A DNA stretch of 63,896 nucleotides, counting the filler, from Reclinomonas americana ATCC 50394 (taxonomy: Eukaryota), in the NCBI GenBank assembly GCA_048213135.1. It is 17 parts of 17 records of this genome, joined end to end, with 100 filler letters (N's around TTAATTAATTAA, not from the genome) between each part and the next. Parts side by side here need not be neighbours in the genome. Positions count along the whole stretch, not along the records: positions 1 to 5,106 come from AFZH01020789.1; positions 5,207 to 6,337 come from AFZH01020791.1; positions 6,438 to 12,857 come from AFZH01020792.1; positions 12,958 to 14,361 come from AFZH01020793.1; positions 14,462 to 17,393 come from AFZH01020794.1; positions 17,494 to 18,819 come from AFZH01020795.1; positions 18,920 to 23,322 come from AFZH01020796.1; 10 more parts are not named here. One strand, 5' to 3'. The notes below the pieces were generated by a model, which saw only the letters and a list, made by a program, of their open reading frames with translations, ran no database searches and was not told the DNA's origin. Positions 1 to 21,500 of this stretch are shown here, in pieces. Each line of letters opens with the position of its first letter. Position 1 is the first letter of the stretch. The translations under genes were made by a program, and so were the position numbers.

Positions 1-891
1 AATCTTCGCAAAGGCAGTCGAGAAGGAAAGGAGAAGTGAGCGGCAAGACTGAGAAGACACGTGTTTCCTTCTCTCTCTCCGATGTCAGCTGCTTCCCCTG
101 TCATCTGCCAAAACCTGAGTTTCTCTATTCGTGATCCACGCATGATCATCGCTCCTCTTGACTTGCTTGACTTTGAGAGAAAACAAGCAAAAAGAGGTGG
201 GAGAGGAAGAAGGAGAGAGAGAGAGATCCGAGGGAACGAGAGTGAGAGGAAACAAGAGAAAGAAAATGTGGAAGAGGAGGATGGAGACAGAAAGAGATCG
301 GAGGGAGAGAATGAGAGAGAGAGAGAGAGAGAGAGAATGTAAAGTGCGTTTGCGAGAGTAACAGGGAGCAAGGGATCGGAGGGAGGGAGATGAGAGGCTC
401 TCTAAGTCTGCTTTCTCGGTGTGCGCTCTCGTACTCCTTGCTTCTCGCGCTCTCACACACTCTCTCCTCTCTCGCACTCCCGCACACCCTGACTTCTTCC
501 TCTCTCCACTCTTTCCGCTCTCGACCTCGACTCTCTCGCCCTGAAGTTTCTTTCTTTATCCCCCCCTCCTCTCTCTACCACACGCTCTCTCTTTCTGTGT
601 CTCTCCTCACTCTCACTCACCCACTCACTTTCTCTCTTCTCTCTATCTCTCTCTCTCTCTTTCTCACTCTCTCTCTCTCTCTATTTCTACCCCACGCTTA
701 CTACATCACTTCTCTTCCCCTCCTCTCTTTCTCTCTCTCCCTCCTCTCTCTCTCTCTCTTTCTCTCTCTCACGCACACTGAATCGCTTCTCTCTTCCCCC
801 TTCTCTCCCCCCTCTCCCTTCTCTCCACCCTCCCTCTCTCTCACTCCCACTTCCTTCTCTCTCCCTCTTTTCCCCTCCCTCTCTCCGCAAC

Positions 892-988
892 TTGGTGGAA
901 CCACGGCAGTGGCGCCATGCAACAGCATCGCGAACAATCCGACCAAGAAAACAACCAATGTGAAAGTTGGACACCTCCGTGTGTACAT
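892..988 (-). CDS. First exon of a putative secreted/membrane protein (partial; remainder unresolved toward the window start)
   Basis: ATG at 988 gives MYTRRCPTFTLVVFLVGLFAMLLHGATAVVPP, a signal-peptide-like sequence. It is followed by a GT donor at 891 and a GA-microsatellite intron. Confidence 0.4.
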
Positions 989-1553
989 GCGCGGTCTCCG
1001 CACACACGCAGCGCACGCAGCGACACCACACATCGCCACCATTGGAGAGGCGAATGCGGGATGCGAGAACGCTCGCTTGACGGAAGTGTATTGTCTGAAA
1101 CCTGAATGTTGACGTCACGGGGCAAAACACAAGGCTTGAGCGCGCGAACGCCAACTCTGGTGTACCATCATACTGACCGACGCACTTACATGCTCTCTGG
1201 CGGCGCGGCGCATTTCTTTCGAATTTCATTGATCGACGTCGACTTCGCAAGGCGAAGAATAGGTGCGTTCGCCAGAAAAACACACTCGCTTTGATGCACG
1301 AACCATGTCACGACCAGTTGGAGTGTTGGCGAGAGCAAACGAGGTGGTGGATTGGATGCTCGACGTCTGCGTGTCCAGGACAGGTTCATTTTTTCGTCCG
1401 CCACTCACACACCAACGAGCAGCACGTGAGTACCGCCTCCTTCTCCGCACGCACTTCCACACAAAGAGTTCGCGATTGTGGCGCAGGCGCATCACAGTTG
1501 TCACAAGACTGCTAATTTTAGCCATTCCTCTCCGCAGTCACCTCATGAGCGAC

Positions 1554-4500
1554 ATGGGATCATCAGCATCAAAGCGCGCGGAGGGGCACCGAGTTCTCTG
1601 TCAGGTGAGGGTGACACAGCTCTCTCTCTCTCTCTCTCTTTTCTTCATCGGGTTCGTCTGTGTTGTCAGAGTGGTCACTTTGGTGACGTGTGCGTCTCTT
1701 CGTGTGGGTGGTTGTCTGGGCGCAAGAGTGATCAAGGGAAGGGTTGAGTTGTTGTGTCTGTACCATTACTGTCGTCGTGATCTCCTTGTGTGCCGTCGCG
1801 TGGTGGGGTGGTTGTCTGGGATTCGTTAGAGGGATCAAGGGAAGGGTCGAGTCCTCGACTTTGTGCATCACTTTTGAGGTCCGTCGTTCCGTCAATGGTG
1901 GGGTGGTTGTCTGAGCGAGATCAGAGTGGGTCAAGTCTCTGTGCTTTCAGATTTGAGGTCTGTACCTTCAGATTTGAAATGTGACTGTCTGTCAAGTGCT
2001 TGAGGGTGGGCATTTGGTATGCGATACATGTTTGTGTTGCAGACGTCGTGGGTGGTGGGAGGTGGATGCCTGCCAACTTGCAGCACTGTGTACTTCCTAT
2101 TTACACAACTCATCTGCGTTTTTCCGTCTCAGATCCAAGTGGCCAGCGACATTCACCTGGAGTTCGACCGTGCAAGAGCCGGCAAGGTGCCACTGGAGAG
2201 CATCATCGTACCGGCGGCGCCGTATCTGGCTCTTGTCGGCGATATTGGGTTGCATGTGCAGGCGGAGCAGTACGAGGTGTTTCTGCGTGCACTTTCGCCG
2301 TCGTTTGAAAAGGTTCGGATTGGCAAGTTTGTGAGAGCGACAACACAAAGGGTTGGTATGTCGTGTGCATGTTGATACTCTCTCCCTCCTGTCTCTTTGT
2401 CTCTCTGTCTCCCTCTCTCCCTCTCTCCCTCTTTCCCTCTTTCCCTCTCTCCTCTCTATTTCTTTTTCCTCCCTCCATCGCCTGGTTTCACCGTCTCTCC
2501 CTCTCCCTCTCTCTCTCTTTCTCGTTTGTCGTGTTTTTTTGGAGGCAGTGCTTGCTCGTGGTCACCGTCGTCTGCATTCTTGTATAAGTTCGTGCGTCTA
2601 CGTCTCTGTCCCTCCTTCTCTCTCTGCTTCTCATTCTCTGTCCCTCTTTGTCTCTTTGCTTCTCATTCTCTGTCCCTCTTTGTCACTCTGCTTCTCATTC
2701 TCCGTCCCTCCTTTTCTCTCTGCTTCTCATTCTCCGTCCCTCCTTTTCTCTCTGCTTCTCATTCTCCGTCCTCCATTTCTCTTTGCTTCCCATTCTCTGT
2801 CCCTGTTTTTTTCTCTGTGTCTGTCATTCTCTGTGCCTCTGTCTCTCTGCTTCTCATTCTCCGTCCCTCCCTTTCTCTCTGCTTCTCATTCTCTGTCCTC
2901 CCTTTCTCTCTGCTTCTCATTCTCTGTCCTTCCTTGTCTCTATGCTTGTCATTCTCTGCCCCTCATTGTCTATGTGTCTGTCATTCTCTGTTCCTCATTG
3001 TCAATGTGTCTGTCATTCTCTGTTCCTCTGTTCCTCATTGTCTCTGTGCTTCTCATTATCCGTCCCTCTTTTTCTCTCTGCTACTCATTCTGCCTCTCCC
3101 CCTCTGCCTCTCATTCTCTTTGTCTTTGCTCCTCGAATGGATACATCTCCCTCCCCTTCTCCTTCTTTCCCCCTTGCCCCCTGCCCCCTCTTCCCCCTCT
3201 TCCCCCTTCCCCCCCCCCTTCCCCCCCTTCACCCGCTTCCTCGTCGCAGATCTTTGTGATCGCCGGAAACCACGAGTACTACGGCTCCACAGTGGCCGGC
3301 ACGCTGGAGTGGCTGCGCAGTCTTACGGAGCGCATTCCCAACGTGATGTTCATGGAGAACGATCATTTCGACATTCCTATCGTGGAAGATGGTGAAGATA
3401 CACAGCGCGTGGTGCGCGTTCTTGGTTGCACACTGTGGTCCCACGTACCGGAGGAGAACGCGAAGGAAGTGACCGACTATCTCAACGATTATCGGGTGAT
3501 CTCTGTCCACGACGAGGCGGTTCGCGGAGGCCAGCGGCGACTGACAGTGGCCGATACGGTGGGATTTTTCCAGCGGAGCACGACGTGGATTGAGGAGCAG
3601 CTGGCGTCGGCGCCAGAGCATGTGGAGGTGAGTGTGGGAGAAGGGGGAGAAAGGGGAAATGGGATAGCTGTCACTGGATGCTATCTGCTTTGTGCGTGTT
3701 TTGAGCGTGCATGTGTGTGCGCTCTGTGTCGTTTCTTGTGAGTTAAGCAAAAGGAAAGATCGCGCATAGGTAGTATCCAGTAGAATGCCGTTGAGCAAGT
3801 GACCGAGCGACTCCGACTCCTTGCCACAGAGTGGCACAGCGAGGCAGGGCCGCTGATGACCGCCGCCTTGTTGTTGAACATCGACAACACACTTGAAACA
3901 GTTTTAGTTGTAGGAGGAAAGCACACGAGACTTGTTGGCGATCACTGGTAGATGCTTAGTGTTGTGGATTGATCAGTGCAGTTTCTATTCTTATTATTGA
4001 CTGTTGCTGAAGCAGGAAAAGAGACAGACAAAAGAGGAGAGTGAGAGAGGCAAAACAAAGAGACAAAGATAAAGAGTAAGCGAGTATGTGTGAGAGAGAG
4101 AGAGACACTAAACAGAATGGGACAGGGACGTGGAGAGAAAGAGAGACAGGGGAGGAGAGGCTGCATGGGATAGAACGCAGAGTGGGAGGAAACGAATGGG
4201 AAGTGAGCAACTTGCAGAGTGAGTGGGCAGCAGGAGAAAGGGAAAGCAGAGAACTGTACCGACATTGGGGGTGCATGAAAGGAGACAAGAGAATGCGTGC
4301 GCGCTGCGCTGCCAGTAAGAGAAAATATCCCCCAGAGAAAGATAAGGGCACTGAAGGGGAGGAAGAGAGTGAGCGATTCCTCTGCTTCGCTTTGCTCTCG
4401 CTTCTTTTACGTGTCATTCTCGTATTGCTGATATGCACGAGATCTCTTTTATTGATCGTGCAAACCCTGGTGATCAGTGTTTCGTGATCCTCACCCATCA

Positions 4501-4959
4501 CGCGCCATTGATGGAGGGAATCGCTGATCCGCAATACGCTGGACTGCCGACCAACTGCGCGTTTGCCACTGAGTTGCGTGAGCGTATCGGGAGGGAAAGG
4601 GGATGCGTCTGCCTTTGTCGTCAATGTAATTGTATATGTGTTTGCACTTTTTTGTGCAAGTGTCTGTTTTTTACTCTGTCTGTGTGTTTTTTTTTCGTTC
4701 GCGCTATTGCGTGTGAACTGAGTGTTTTATATTCATGTATCCAACAGCATGTCGGCTCTGATGGGTCGGGAAGAGAAGCGAGTTGCTGTGTGGGCCTTTG
4801 GGCACACCCACTGTTGCGTGATATTATGCTCTCTGTGTTGCATTCACTTTGCTCATGGCTGGCGTCGCAGACTGTTGCCATTTCTCCCATGCTGGTACGC
4901 AAATCGTCAGCAACCAGCGCGGATACCCGCAGGAGCCGTCCGTGCGTCGAACCTACAAG
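1554..4959 (+). CDS. Calcineurin-like metallophosphoesterase (multi-exon; 3' end in gap)
   Basis: Spliced exons give MGSSASK...Q | IQVASDIHLEF...LVGDIG | IFVIAGNHEYY...LGCTLWS | ILTHHAP...FATD | WAFGHTHY | SNQRGYP. All five metallophosphoesterase motifs are present (DxH, GD, GNHE, H, GHxH). GT-AG junctions keep the frame. Confidence 0.9.
2600..3125. repeat. Intronic degenerate minisatellite (TCTCTGCTTCTCATTCTCTGTCCCT-like unit, ~25-35 bp)
   Basis: The TGCTTCTCATTCTC(T/C)GTCC core recurs many times in the intron before the GNHE exon. Confidence 0.8.
3770..3960 (-). mobile_element. Possible decayed non-LTR retrotransposon fragment (CCHC zinc-knuckle region) inside an intron
   Basis: This is a non-microsatellite island in the intron. 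The minus strand reads ...PRC/PLCGKESESLGHLLNG... with a one-base frameshift, resembling the CxxC...ES/TxxHL knuckle downstream of non-LTR reverse transcriptases. Confidence 0.35.
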
Positions 4960-5022
4960 GTAGGTGGAGGAGTTGATGTCTCTCTCTCTCTCTCTCTCTT
5001 CGTGTGTGTGCGTGTGTGTGTA

Positions 5023-5097
<75 letters not shown>

Positions 5098-5106
5098 TAG
5101 TGTGTG

Positions 5107-5206
5107 NNNNNNNNNNNNNNNNNNNNNNNNNNNNNNNNNNNNNNNNNNNNTTAATTAATTAANNNNNNNNNNNNNNNNNNNNNNNNNNNNNNNNNNNNNN
5201 NNNNNN
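5107..5206. other. Assembly gap linker (N44-TTAATTAATTAA-N44); the same linker recurs at 6338, 12858, 14362, 17394, 18820, 23323, 27300, 31149, 34595, 40241, 53855, 55103, 57143, 58347 and 62351
   Basis: Identical 100-nt N blocks each contain a six-frame stop oligo. Most are flanked by microsatellites where the assembly broke. Confidence 0.98.
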
Positions 5207-5234
5207 CTCGTCGTCGTCGTCGTCGTCGTCGTAC

Positions 5235-5287
<53 letters not shown>

Positions 5288-5337
5288 CCGTGAGCACAAG
5301 CGGCAATCTGGCAAAACAATGATGGAGCACACCGCAC

Positions 5338-15165
<9,828 letters not shown>

Positions 15166-15429
15166 CAATGTTGGCGGACGACATGCGCGCATGAATGTTG
15201 GAATTCGCGAAAAACAGGTTTGGACCGGATTGATTTGGACAGACACGCGCGCTGCGGACCTCGAAGTGGTCGCGCATGCAGTTGCTGGAGACACTAGGTA
15301 TTTCACACACACCACTATCCACACGCAGCCGCAGCTGGAGCCGGTGCGTGTCCAACTCAACGCTGACTGGCCACGCATTGGATTTGGCGACCATTGCCTT
15401 ATTTGTCCGCGTGTCGCAGACGCTACGCA
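15166..15429. promoter_or_regulatory. Putative 264-bp bidirectional promoter/5'UTR region between the receptor paralogs
   Basis: It lies between the two divergent signal-peptide ATGs. It contains GATTTGG twice and TTCGCGAAAAA. Confidence 0.5.
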
Positions 15430-17192
15430 ATGCTGCGCAGCCCCACCTCCTCAGCTTGGTGGCGGAGACTGCTGCACGCACTGTCGTGGTGTGTGTTGGT
15501 GCTGTTCTTTGTAATACATGCGCACCGCATGCGCAGTACTCTGGCGTCCGAACCCGAATGCACAGGTAACACCGCTGCATCCATGGCAGCAGGTCTCAGG
15601 CCCCTCGCTTGCGCTTCTGACACTCAGCTTGGCGCCGTGCAGTGGTGGTGACGCCCACTGGTGCCACTGCATTGCCATGCGGAGAAGAAGCCAACCCATG
15701 CGTGTTTGATTTCGATGTGTTTACGGCATCGTGCATTCAGCGGGGTTTCGATGCCGCGTCCTCTGCATGGGCATTGCGAGTGGAGCTGGCTGGTGGTGTG
15801 CATGTGGTCTCTCGAACCATGCTATTGGAAGGTGTGGTCACTCATAACCGAGGAGATCATCTAGATATCTTTCACCGCAGCGCAGCTGTCGCTCGTTTTT
15901 CGGTGTTTGCCTTTCTGCCCTTGCTCTTGTCGCTGCTGCGCATGCTGCGTGCATAGAGAACATTCACTGACAATCGCTTTTCTGTGCTCCTGATGATGAC
16001 TCCACGCGCGCGTGCGCAGGTCGTCAACTCACCATCTCTTCATCCATTGCTGGCTCGGCCTCCACCGCCGTGCTTGTGCTGCGCTCAGCATCCATCAGCA
16101 TCCTCAACTCGCCCGCCCTCCATCTCTCTGGCGTGAGTATCGTCGGCAGTGACATACACGAGCCAGCCATCACCTGGACTGCCTCGCCGTCGTCACCCAG
16201 CCCCTCTGTCACCGTCACTAATTGCATCTTCACGGACTCCACCGGTGGCGCACTGCTGCTGGACGCCTCCGCCCTCGACAGCCCGGCCAGCGCGTCCTGT
16301 TCCATATCCAATTCTGCATTCTCCAGACACAGTGGGGGCTCGGCGGTCTCGCTGTCGGGCAGGTTCTCGCGGGTGGATGTGGCCGCCGGCTCGTCGTGGT
16401 CCGAGTGTTCCAGCATTGCCACAGCTGGCGCAGCACTGGCCGTCTCCACGTCAGCGCCCGAAGCTCAAGTCTTTCTGCAAGATGCGATGTTTACCTCCAA
16501 CAGTGTCACCGGGGTCACTTCGAGTGACGGCGGCGGCGGAGGAGCGGTTGTGTTGCAGGGCACCGGCGGCATTCATGTGCAGATGAGCAACAACCTGTTT
16601 GCCGACAACTCCGTCTCTCAATGGGCACAAAGTGACGTCGGCGGTGGTGCCATGCGCGTGGTGGACACCATTCACGTGTATCTCGTTGACGACGGCAGTC
16701 AATGGTTGCGGAACTTCGTGTCCCAGTGCGGCAATGGAAATCAGGACGACCATCCGAGCGGATTCTCTCACGTGGGTGGCGGTGCACTACAGGTGCGCAA
16801 TGCCGCCTCGGTGCGGCTTGTCAACACGGAGTTCCACGACAACGTGGTTGTCGACAGCGCCAACGGAGTTCAATGCACGTCTAAGTGTGACGTGTGCAGT
16901 GCTTCCGGTGGCGCTGAAGCGGGGGGTGGAGCATTGTATATCGTTGGCGCGCTACTGGTACGTTGTGTGGTTGACGTGGAGGTGCGTGTGTGCCGTTGTT
17001 TGGGCTCGGAGGCGAGTAATCAAGAGTCTCACTCCGTTGTTGATCAGCACGTGATTGCGACCGCGAATTATGTTCGCGCGTCTTGTAACGGTGGCAGCAA
17101 CTTGACCGGCGATGGTGACTCTGGTTACTTTTGTGGTGGCGGTGCAATGTGGATGAGCGGCATTTACGAGCTGCAGGTGATTTGATTGGTCA

Positions 17193-17238
<46 letters not shown>

Positions 17239-17335
17239 GAGGAGGAGGAGAGGAGGAGGAGAGAGAGAGAGAGAGAGAGACGACGACGACGAGAGAGAGG
17301 AGGAGGAGGAGGAGGAGGAGGAGGAGGAGGAGGAG

Positions 17336-17382
<47 letters not shown>

Positions 17383-18529
17383 GAGTAGTAGTANNNNNNN
17401 NNNNNNNNNNNNNNNNNNNNNNNNNNNNNNNNNNNNNTTAATTAATTAANNNNNNNNNNNNNNNNNNNNNNNNNNNNNNNNNNNNNNNNNNNNAGAGAGA
17501 GAGAGAGAGCACGTTGATTTTCCTCTCACATTTCCTCTACTTTCCTCTCTTCACGCGCCCGTCGCACAGGTGGCCAGGAGCTCATTTGTCATGAACCAGG
17601 CGATCATGAATGCCAGCGGTGGCCAGCAAAATGATGGCACCGGCAATGCGCGAGGGTCGACAATGTTCCAGGCGCTGTTCACAGAAGTTACAGAGCTTGG
17701 CCTGTCTGGTGGAGGTGCACTGTGGACGCGCTTTGCCGATGCCGATATCAGCATGCCCGCTCTACAAAACGTACTTTCTTCGCTCCCGCTGTGTAAAGTG
17801 GAGTGAGAGTAGGGGTTACTGAGTGCGTGTCACCTGCAGGTCACGGCTTCGGATTTCCGCCTCAACCAGAGTGTTATGAATGGTTGCGGAGGTCGCGGAA
17901 GCGCAGAGGCGCGGCACTCATACTCTGCCGGCAATGGTGGGGGCGGCATTATGAGCTTCTTTGAGGGAGCAGGCGAGCAGGTTTGAGGCCTCTATCGATC
18001 TCTCTCAGACTCTCTCTCTCTCTCTCTCTTTCTCTACTCTGCGCTTGATTATGTCTGTCGTTTGACCGCCCCATCTGTACCGTATTCCCACACGTGCAGC
18101 ACTTTGACCGATGTACTATGACGTACAATGTGGCCGATCAAAATGGCAATGGCGGGTTGCTTGGTACGTTTTCTTGCAAGACACTCGGTCGCACATGGGC
18201 CCCCTCTCATACGGACGCACAGCAAGTACAAGCGACCTTGGGAGTGCGGACAGCAACGGCGGCAGCAATGGCGGCGGGTTTTTGTGGGTCACATTTGTTG
18301 GACCTGGGGTGCAGGTATTTTAGCCATCAGTACTCTGTTCATTCGCCTGGTTTGAGTTCTCACAATTCATCTTCGCGACACAAGCTGGTACGCAACAGCA
18401 CTATTGGCCACAACGCGGCAACTGAGAACGGAAGCGGTGGTCATATAGGTGTGTTTTCTTTCAGTGGCATCCCTGCCAACTCGCGCCTGTTCTCGACCTC
18501 TATCATCGATTGTATCTCTCTCTCCTCTC

Positions 18530-18576
<47 letters not shown>

Positions 18577-21500
18577 CCCGTCTGCTTCCCCCTTCCGCTT
18601 CCCCCTTCCGCTTCCCCCTTCCGCTTCCCCCTTCCGCTTCCCCCTTCCGCTTTCCCCTTCCGCTTCCCCCTTCTCACTTTCCCCTTCCGCTTTTCCCCTT
18701 CATCTTCCCCCTCTTCCATCTTCCCCCTCTTCCATCTTCCCCTCTTTCATCTCCCCTCTTCACTCTCCCCTCCCTCTTCCCCCTTCGTCCTTCTCCCCCT
18801 TCCTCTTCCCTTCTCTTCCNNNNNNNNNNNNNNNNNNNNNNNNNNNNNNNNNNNNNNNNNNNNTTAATTAATTAANNNNNNNNNNNNNNNNNNNNNNNNN
18901 NNNNNNNNNNNNNNNNNNNCTTCCCCTCCCATCTTCCCCCTTCCGTCTTCTCCCCCTTCCGTCTTCCCCCTTTCGTCTTCCCCTCCTCTTCCATCTTCCC
19001 CCTCCCGTCTCGTCTTCTTTCCTAACGAATCTGTTTGATTGCCGATCTTCTGCATTCTCTGCGCACGGTAGCTGCCTTTGCGTCCTCTGCGGTTGCCAAT
19101 GCATACTACAACGGTGGTGGTGGCATGTTTACAACGTTTATCGGCAATGCTCAGCTTGTGCGTCGCCTCGTTTTTGTTGTTCGGAGACCTTTCACAGTTG
19201 GCGGCGTTTATCATCTGACATTGTTGTTGCCTGCGCACAGCGTGTAATCGACTGCTCATGGAACTCTAACTTGGCGAATCGCAACGGCAGTGGGGGCACG
19301 TCGAGTACGTTCATTTCGTGCAGTCGACTTGTGTTTTTTTGCAGTAGGTCTCATGTACCCTCACTCAGCTGGTGAGATTACCCGGGTGGACAGCTCTCGA
19401 TCCTCCGGCGTGGCTGGGGGTGGTGCCTTGTATCTAAATTGCTATCGAGCAGCCGATGTGGTACGTCGGCGAATTTTCTGTGCACACCATGCGTAAATCT
19501 GCGTCACGTAACTTGGTTTATTCACCAGGTGGTATCGAAATCCAGTTTTATGAACAATCTGGCCAGCAATAACGCAGCTGGAGGATCCGTGCTCAGTTCG
19601 TACTCGTTCTTGCCTCCGGCATTTGTGGCGCCAGACTTTGCACTGATGATCTGATATTTGTGCGCGGTTGCATGTTCAGATGCGACCTATTCAACGGCCA
19701 GCAGTCATGGTGGCTATTCTGGTGGTGGTGTTGCTTGGGTACAACTGCTCGGCGATAGCTCTCTGGTAGGACAGAATTATGGCTCTTTCTCGTAACATTG
19801 TTGCCTCACGTCATCTGATCTCTCCTCCTTTCTCCATTTTCCTTCCCTCTATCTCTCATTCGCAGTCCTTCCTGCATTGCACGTTTGAGCGCAACGTTGC
19901 AATCTCTAACGGATCCGGGGGTGTTGTGGGTGAGCCTGTCAGTTTTTGTTTCGTCGGCAAGGACGGTCTGTCACTCTTACACAGTTTCACGTGTTTTTTT
20001 CTCACGTGAATAGTGGGCGAGGGCGGCAGGGCCGACAATGTCGAGGGATTCTCTGGTGGCGGCGGTTTGTACATTGGATGCTACGATCCTGCGTACCTCG
20101 CTGCAACGGTTGTGCACCTTGTTATCGATGCTTGTTCATTCACTGCAAACGGCGCGTACAATAACGGCAGTGGCGGTCGCGCTGGTGAGAACCGAATGAG
20201 AGGCTAATAGTGGACCTACTCGTCTGCATCTCATACGCGAAGCCTTAGGTACGGTGCTTGACGGGTCGGCAAGAGCTACCAGCGGATTCAACGGTGGTGG
20301 TGCTTACTGGCTGTCGGTCTTTTCTGTACAGGGAACTCAGGTGAGTGTCGGGAGGTGCAGTGAGTGACCGTCGATGGAGCATTCGCTTGTGGTATGTTGT
20401 TCATGCGAGTTCCACAATCACGCAGCGCATCACGAATAGTGCATTTCTGGGCAATCTAGCCACCGATAATGGCAGCGGCGGAAGTATGGGATACGACGGA
20501 ACAACGACGAGTCCCGGCAACGGCGGCGGTGCCATGCTTCTCGTCCAGACCGCAGTTGTGACGGTATGCTCTCTGGTGTTCTTCGTTGACTCGATACTTG
20601 AATTCAACGAGTAAGCTGCAGACTGTTATCGACAATTGCGTTGTTTCCAACAATCTATCCGCACGCAATGCGCTTGGTGGCTCGAACAACGGTGAGCGAG
20701 GCGACTCGTCAGGATTTGGAGACGGTGGTGGCGGCATTCTTGTGTTGCTCAGGGGATCCCTGCAGGTTTCGTTCACCTTGTCGATCAATTTCCATGTGAT
20801 TGTACATTGCCAGCTCGAGCTGACCTGTCGCACGACACACAGATGAGCAACATGCTGTTCTTCAATAACACGTCGGCACGCAACGGTTTGCGTGCTTATT
20901 AGATGTCGTCATTGTGTGCTGTTTCTGAGTGTGACGTGCCGCATTAGGATCCGGCGGCAACTTTTCAAAGGCTTCCGGAAGCAGCTCTCGGCGCTATGCT
21001 GGTGGCGGTGCTCTGCTCGTGTACGCGGTCCCTGATGCACACGGCAGCTTGGTGTGTGAGAGCGTGTGTTTTGTTTGGTGTGTTTACTGTCCTTTTTCCG
21101 GCGGTCGTTGCTAAGTCCGCCGTGCTGTCAGATCATCACCAAAAGTCGATTTCACCAAAACACCTCCCAACTCAACTGCTCCGGAGGCACGAGCTCATCT
21201 GTTGGATCCTCACTCGGTGGCTTTTGCGGTGGTGGTGCGGCGTTGTTGGTGGCGCCTATTTCAGACTCGGTTTGTACCCACTCCTTTCTCGCGTCACTCT
21301 TTCTCACGCGCACGCTTTTGACGTTGTCCGCGCGCTCACAGACAGTCTTTCAAGTGTCCGACTGTGACTTTATCGAGAATCTCTCCAGCTTGGACGGTTC
21401 CGGTGGTCTGTCTAATGATCGCGAAGCACAGGGCAGTGACGTGAATGGCGGCGGCGCGCTTGTGATCGTCAATCCGCCGAGCTCCGTAATCAACAGCAAC

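Noticed and set aside
5151..5162. Recurrent TTAATTAATTAA palindrome inside N runs
   Set aside because: It is an artificial six-frame-stop contig linker, not biological sequence.
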